DNA from: an uncultured Clostridia bacterium
Lineage (GTDB): Bacteria; Bacillota; Clostridia; Oscillospirales; Ruminococcaceae
Assembly (NCBI GenBank): GCA_944387315.1
Contig: CALXEL010000053.1
Span: 2,123-66,122, forward strand
Direction of reading: 5' to 3'
DNA: 64,000 nt
Shown here: one piece after another, positions 59,259 to 64,000 of the stretch
How the letters are laid out: every line of letters begins with the position of its first letter
How positions within the stretch are numbered: the first letter of the stretch is position 1
Notes under the pieces: model-generated
The model's database searches: none
Told to the model about the DNA's origin: nothing
The model's input: only the letters and a program-made list of their open reading frames with translations
Translations under genes and position numbers: made by a program

Positions 59259-60218
59259 TTATTTTTCCGCCAAAAAGCAGGATACGGTATGACCGTTGCC
59301 CAGATCGGTAACCTGAGGCTCCTCATTGAAGCACCGGTCACAGGCGTGAATACAACGGGGAGCGAACCGGCAGCACTTTTTGGGTTCAATGGGAGAGGTG
59401 ATTTCACCTTTCAGGAGAATTCTCTCCCGCTGACGGCCCAGTTTCGGGATGGGAATGGCCGACAGCAATGCCTGGGTATAGGGGTGCACTGGATTGGCAA
59501 ACAGCTCCCGGGAGGGGGCTTTCTCAATCAGCTGGCCCAGATACATAACGGCGATATCATTGGAGAAATGGTGCACAACGCTCAGGTTGTGGGTAATAAA
59601 CAGATAGGTCAGCCCCATCTTGTCCTGAAGCTCCTGCATCAGATTGAGAATCTGGGCCTGAATGGAAACATCCAAAGCCGAAACAGGTTCATCACAGACA
59701 ATAAAGGAGGGGTTCATGGCCAGAGCCCGGGCGATACCAACTCTCTGGCGGCGGCCGCCGTCCAGCTCATGGGGATATGTATCCATCAGACGCTCGGCCA
59801 GGCCTACCGTCTCCATCAGTTCCAATACCTTATCCCGGGTTTCCTCATGGCTGGAGGTCATGTTGTACCGTTTCAGAGGCTCAGCAATGGTCTGGCTGAT
59901 GGTTTTTCTGGGGTTGAGGGAGGAGAAGGGGTCCTGGAAAATGATCTGCATTTCCTTTCTCTTTTTCCGCATACCCTCTTTGTCCAGGCCCAGCACGTTT
60001 TCCCCTTTGAACAGGACTTCACCGGAGGTGGGCTCAATGAGCCGGAGGATAGCCCGTCCTGTTGTGGATTTGCCGCAGCCGGACTCACCTACCAGGCCCA
60101 GGGTCCTGCCCTCGTCAATGGAGAAAGAAACATCGTCCACCGCGTGGAGCAGACCCTTGGGGGTCTTAAAGTATTTTTTCAGATGGTTGACCTCTAAGAT
60201 TGGCTTCTGCTCGCTCAT
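59259..60218 (-). CDS. Opp/Dpp-type ABC ATP-binding protein (OppF-like)
   Basis: [28 protein letters not shown]. Confidence 0.9.
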   Translation of the reverse strand: MSEQKPILEVNHLKKYFKTPKGLLHAVDDVSFSIDEGRTLGLVGESGCGKSTTGRAILRLIEPTSGEVLFKGENVLGLDKEGMRKKRKEMQIIFQDPFSSLNPRKTISQTIAEPLKRYNMTSSHEETRDKVLELMETVGLAERLMDTYPHELDGGRRQRVGIARALAMNPSFIVCDEPVSALDVSIQAQILNLMQELQDKMGLTYLFITHNLSVVHHFSNDIAVMYLGQLIEKAPSRELFANPVHPYTQALLSAIPIPKLGRQRERILLKGEITSPIEPKKCCRFAPRCIHACDRCFNEEPQVTDLGNGHTVSCFLAEK

Positions 60219-61219
60219 ATCTTGCCAATCCTCCCTTCCTTGGCGTCTCCATTCTCATACAGGTGACACCGCACATAGTGTTCCTCATTGCGGAAGCTCT
60301 TGCCGGGCTTTTCTGTCTCACAGATGGGCATAGCATACTCACACCGGGGACAGAAGGCGCAGCCCTTAGGCAGATTGCTGGGGTCAGGCATCAGGCCTTT
60401 GATGGGTTTCAGCTTGGCAGTGGGATTATCCAGGTCAGGCAGGGAGTTAAACAGGCCCTCGGTATAGGGATGCCGGGGATGGTTAAACACATCCTCCAGG
60501 CTGCCATGCTCAATAACAGTACCGGCGTAAATAACCGACACATCGTCACAGATTTCAGCCACAACGCCCAGGTCGTGGGTAATCAGCAACAGAGAAGTCT
60601 CATATTTTTTCTTCAGGTCCTTCATCATCTCCAGAACCTGGGCCTGGATGGTTACATCCAGAGCGGTGGTAGGCTCGTCGGCGATGAGGATGGAGGGCGA
60701 ACATGCCAGAGCAATGGCGATAACCACACGCTGTTTCATGCCGCCGGAGAACTGATGGGGATATTCCTTGCCGCGGGCCCGGGGAATACCAACTGCTTCC
60801 AGCATATCCCCTGCTTTGGCAATGGCCTCCTTTTTGGAAACCTTCTCATGGAGAGCAATACTCTCGGCGATCTGATCTTCAACAGTAAAGACTGGGTTCA
60901 GGGCAGTCATGGGGTCCTGGAAGATCATAGACACCTTTTTGCCCCGGATATGTTCCATTTCTTTTTCGGTTTTGGTCAGGTATTCCTCACCATCCACCTT
61001 GATACTGCCCCCTACAATGACACCTGGGGGGTCTGGAATCAGACGGAGCATGGAGAGTCCCGCAGTGGTCTTGCCAGCGCCGGTCTCACCTACCAGACCT
61101 AAGGTCTTGCCTTTTTCCAGTTCCAGCTCAAAGTGATTGAGCGCCTGTACAACACCGGTATCGGTGCGGTACTCCACCACCAAATCCTTAATTTCTACCG
61201 CTAAATTTTTCTCACTCAT
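60215..61219 (-). CDS. Opp/Dpp-type ABC ATP-binding protein (OppD-like)
   Basis: GETGAGKT, FSGGMKQR, LIADEPTTALD and a C-terminal Cys-containing extension. Confidence 0.9.
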   Translation of the reverse strand: MSEKNLAVEIKDLVVEYRTDTGVVQALNHFELELEKGKTLGLVGETGAGKTTAGLSMLRLIPDPPGVIVGGSIKVDGEEYLTKTEKEMEHIRGKKVSMIFQDPMTALNPVFTVEDQIAESIALHEKVSKKEAIAKAGDMLEAVGIPRARGKEYPHQFSGGMKQRVVIAIALACSPSILIADEPTTALDVTIQAQVLEMMKDLKKKYETSLLLITHDLGVVAEICDDVSVIYAGTVIEHGSLEDVFNHPRHPYTEGLFNSLPDLDNPTAKLKPIKGLMPDPSNLPKGCAFCPRCEYAMPICETEKPGKSFRNEEHYVRCHLYENGDAKEGRIGKI

Positions 61220-61229
61220 ATTGGCACTC

Positions 61230-62129
61230 CTATCTCAGTCTTGGGTCCAATGCGTCGCGCAGACCGTCGCCCAACAGGTTGAGGGACAGAATGGTAAACA
61301 TCATAGCCAGACCTGGAATAAAAGTCAGATAGCTGTGATCACGAATATAGTTTCTGCCGGAGGAAAGCATTGCGCCCCACTCTGGTGTAGGCGCCGAAAC
61401 ACCCAGTCCCAAAAAGCTCAAGGTAGCTGTATTGGTGATGGCAGTAGCCGCACGAATGGCAACCTGAACAATGATTGGGCTCAAAACATTGGGTACAATA
61501 TGTTCCGCGATAATAGAGGCGTCATTGGTGCCGATGGCACGAGCTGCCTCAATATATTCTGTTCCCCGAACAGTAAGTACCTGCCCACGCATAACACGGG
61601 CAAAACTTGGAATCTGTGAGATGGACAAAGCAATAATCATATTGGGGATATTGGCCCCCAAAGCCGCTACAATAACAATGGCCAACATGGTCATAGGAAT
61701 GGCCATCAAAACATCGATGCAACGCATAATTACGTTGTCAATCAGGCCGCCGTAATAACCGGCTACGGCACCTAAAATACTACCGGCAATCACACTGATG
61801 CCAACAGACACAAAACTGATAATCAAAGAACGACGGCCACCATGCAGGAGTCTGGCCGCCAGATCCCGGCCCAGGTCATCAGTACCCAGCAAATGTCCCT
61901 CAGTGAAAGGATGTTTCAAACGCTCATAGACATTTTGCTGAATCGCATCCGCCTCATAGTCATAAAACGCTGAGGCAAAAATAACCAGCAACAAAATAAT
62001 GGTCAATACAATCATACCTGCCACTGCACTTTTGTTGCGTTTAAATCTGCGCCAAACATCTGCCATCTGGCTGTCTTTTTTCGCGTGACCCCGGGCTTCC
62101 TGGTCAACTTTAGTAGCTGTTCCCGCCAT
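61230..62129 (-). CDS. Opp/Dpp-type ABC permease (OppC-like)
   Basis: OppC N-terminal domain and BPD_transp_1. Confidence 0.85.
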   Translation of the reverse strand: MAGTATKVDQEARGHAKKDSQMADVWRRFKRNKSAVAGMIVLTIILLLVIFASAFYDYEADAIQQNVYERLKHPFTEGHLLGTDDLGRDLAARLLHGGRRSLIISFVSVGISVIAGSILGAVAGYYGGLIDNVIMRCIDVLMAIPMTMLAIVIVAALGANIPNMIIALSISQIPSFARVMRGQVLTVRGTEYIEAARAIGTNDASIIAEHIVPNVLSPIIVQVAIRAATAITNTATLSFLGLGVSAPTPEWGAMLSSGRNYIRDHSYLTFIPGLAMMFTILSLNLLGDGLRDALDPRLR

Positions 62130-62210
62130 AGATAAATCTCATTCCTTTCCAAACGATTTGACTGTTGAGAAGCTGGTATAGTAATATCCAACTCCCAGAG
62201 GAAGATCGTT

Positions 62211-63137
62211 TTATGATTGTGAAGCCTTGATACGGGGATCAACGAATCCGTAGCACAGGTCAATAATCAGGTTAAGAACCGAGAAAACGATGGTAAGCAG
62301 AATAATACATCCCAGTACCATAGGTGTATCACGGCTGTTAATGGAGTCGATCATCAAACGGCCTACACCGGGCCATGCGAATACAGTTTCCACAACAACC
62401 GAACCACCCAGCAGCTGGCTCATCTGAATACCAATAACTGTAATGGTGGGAATCAGCGCGTTACGGAAAGCGTGACGGGCAATAACTGTTCTGTGGGGAA
62501 CACCCTTAGCCGCCGCGGTTCTTACATAGTCCTGACGGATGGTCTCCAGCATGGAGGAACGAGTAGTACGGGCCACAGTGGACATATTGCTGAAGGCCAG
62601 ACAGAAAGCTGGCAACACATAGGATCTCCAGCCTTCGGCGCCACCGGTGGGGAACCACCCCAGCTTCAGGGAGAACAGTATAATCAGCAAAAGGCCCAAC
62701 CAGAATACCGGCATGGAGATACCGAACAGAGTAACCACCAGGCTGGCGTTATCAAATATGGTATTTTGCTTTACCGCAGCCAAAATACCAATGGGGATGG
62801 ACATAACTACAGTCAATACAGCAGCTACCGCCGCCAAACGAACTGTGTAGGGGAAGCGGTCCAGAATCTCATCCAGAACCGGACGATGTTTAAAGTAGGA
62901 ATCTCCTAAATCGCCCCGGCAGAAGTCCAGCATGTAATTGATGTAACGCACCAATACCGGCTGGTCCAGGCCCATTTCTGTACGCAGCTGGGCAACTTCC
63001 TCCGGAGTGGCCATCTCACCCAGAATCATCCGGGCAGGGTCACCTGGCGCTAATTGCATAATAAGGAAAACAACCAGCGTTACACCCAAAATAACCGGGA
63101 TTAACGCGATAATTCTCTTTATAACGTATTTTAGCAT
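62211..63137 (-). CDS. Opp/Dpp-type ABC permease (OppB-like)
   Basis: MLKYVIKRI.. OppB-like start. Trimmed to the ATG with a gaggg RBS. Confidence 0.85.
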   Translation of the reverse strand: MLKYVIKRIIALIPVILGVTLVVFLIMQLAPGDPARMILGEMATPEEVAQLRTEMGLDQPVLVRYINYMLDFCRGDLGDSYFKHRPVLDEILDRFPYTVRLAAVAAVLTVVMSIPIGILAAVKQNTIFDNASLVVTLFGISMPVFWLGLLLIILFSLKLGWFPTGGAEGWRSYVLPAFCLAFSNMSTVARTTRSSMLETIRQDYVRTAAAKGVPHRTVIARHAFRNALIPTITVIGIQMSQLLGGSVVVETVFAWPGVGRLMIDSINSRDTPMVLGCIILLTIVFSVLNLIIDLCYGFVDPRIKASQS

Positions 63138-63214
63138 ATACAATACCCTCATTAATCAAGACGGTTTTCCTGCAGCAACACAGAAACACCGCACCGAGAT
63201 GTGTAATTTTAACA

Positions 63215-63242
63215 TTCGGCAGACACCAAAGTGCCTGCCGAA
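63215..63242 (-). promoter_or_regulatory. Intercistronic hairpin between the SBP and permease genes
   Basis: ttcggcag-a-cac-caaa-gtg-c-ctgccgaa. No clear U-run, so it is more likely a stabiliser or partial attenuator. Confidence 0.35.
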
Positions 63243-63291
63243 CATTAAACACGAAACAAAAACCAGAAAAGGAATTAAAATATTCTAAAAA

Positions 63292-64000
63292 TTAAGCAGC
63301 CCATTTAGCAGTGTGGAACCGTACATAACCGGTACCGCTGATTACAATACCTTCCAGGTTGGCATCCCAAGCACGGAAGTACTGAGACTGCCACAGAGGA
63401 ATGTGGGGAACCAGCTGGTTCACCCGATCCACAATCTGATGCATAACTTCCAGACGCTCATCGGGATCCATAGTGGCTTTCATCTTGTCAATGAGGGCAT
63501 CGGTCTCCTCATCGACCAGGGAGCCGGGGGTGGCTTCCGCCTTGCTGGAGTCATACCGTACCAGGTAAGTAAAGCAGTTGGAAGGGGACCAGGAGCTAAT
63601 ACCCCCGATATAGTCGCCGGAAGCCATGCGGCTGTGCCAGGAAGGAGTATCCACCTGCTCGATAATCACATTGATACCAATTTTGGACAGGTTATCCTGA
63701 ATAATGGTAGCTACACGTACCTGCTCATCATTACGGCAGAGAATGGGCAGGTTTACAGAGGCGGGATCTCCACCCCAGGCAGCCATATACTCCTTTGCCT
63801 TATCCAGGTTGTAGCTGGCAACATAGTCGCCCTCCCAGGAACCTTCGTAACCCATGGGTACCGAAGAGTAGGCAGGTGTGCCGTAACCGTTGAGAGCACC
63901 TACAATAATGGCTTCCCGATCAATGGCGAAGTTGATGGCCTGTCTCAGGTTTACATCATCAAAAGGCGCCACATTGGTATTGAGAGTTATATAGAAGTGC
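63292..64000 (-). CDS. Peptide/nickel (family 5) ABC substrate-binding protein, C-terminal part (5' end outside the window)
   Basis: SBP_bac_5-like sequence (..VNLRQAINFAIDREAI.., ..IPLWQ..). The reading frame stays open to the window edge. Confidence 0.8.
   Translation of the reverse strand, partial: HFYITLNTNVAPFDDVNLRQAINFAIDREAIIVGALNGYGTPAYSSVPMGYEGSWEGDYVASYNLDKAKEYMAAWGGDPASVNLPILCRNDEQVRVATIIQDNLSKIGINVIIEQVDTPSWHSRMASGDYIGGISSWSPSNCFTYLVRYDSSKAEATPGSLVDEETDALIDKMKATMDPDERLEVMHQIVDRVNQLVPHIPLWQSQYFRAWDANLEGIVISGTGYVRFHTAKWAA

Noticed and set aside
56650-59292. 880-aa plus-strand ORF
   Set aside because: It is exactly antisense to pflB. The composition is low-complexity (G/V/L/H/A-rich) with no motifs. 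The minus-strand frame encodes an unmistakable pyruvate formate-lyase. This is a shadow ORF typical of GC-rich coding DNA.

Overview
The gene content and moderately high GC suggest a Clostridia-type Firmicutes chromosome; this is my impression, not a computed result. I found no rRNA, tRNA, CRISPR array, transposase or integrase.

Contents, left to right:
- kdpD tail and kdpE.
- On the minus strand, a four-gene hfsABCD-like operon: a [2Fe-2S] protein, a PAS-containing sensory-type [FeFe]-hydrogenase, a PP2C phosphatase, and a second H-cluster protein.
- DUF1653, xth and rmuC.
- An ArsR-family gene followed by potABCD.
- A divergent XRE / SLOG (YpsA-like) pair.
- D-aminoacylase, cobB and cca.
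- An SdpR/SdpI-like pair.
- An AT-rich orphan locus.
- An M19 dipeptidase.
- A MacB-type ABC ATPase with an 1135-aa FtsX permease carrying a long coiled coil.
- The complete S10-spc-alpha ribosomal cluster on the minus strand (rpsJ to rplQ, including secY, adk, map, infA and rpoA). I added rpmJ and rpmD by hand because they fall below the ORF-track cutoff.
- A small cassette of membrane protein, degenerate nucleotidyltransferase and HEPN.
- MarR and a MATE transporter.
- A DUF401-like membrane protein.
- An Opp/Dpp-type peptide ABC operon ending in two tandem amidohydrolase paralogues. The second has lost nearly all metal ligands.
- LysR and an AIM24/TIGR00266-family gene.
- pflA and pflB, preceded by what reads as a ZTP (pfl-motif) riboswitch.
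- A second Opp/Dpp-type operon that runs off the right edge.

The most interesting items are the hfs-type H2/redox-sensing operon with no encoded output partner, the transporter-linked amidohydrolase plus pseudo-amidohydrolase pair, the degenerate-NTase/HEPN cassette, and the XRE/SLOG pair. None is clearly an unprecedented system; all are offered as hypotheses.

CDS coordinates come from the ORF track. I trimmed several N-termini using RBS position and family knowledge. Hand-derived coordinates of RNA and DNA motifs may be off by 1-2 nt.
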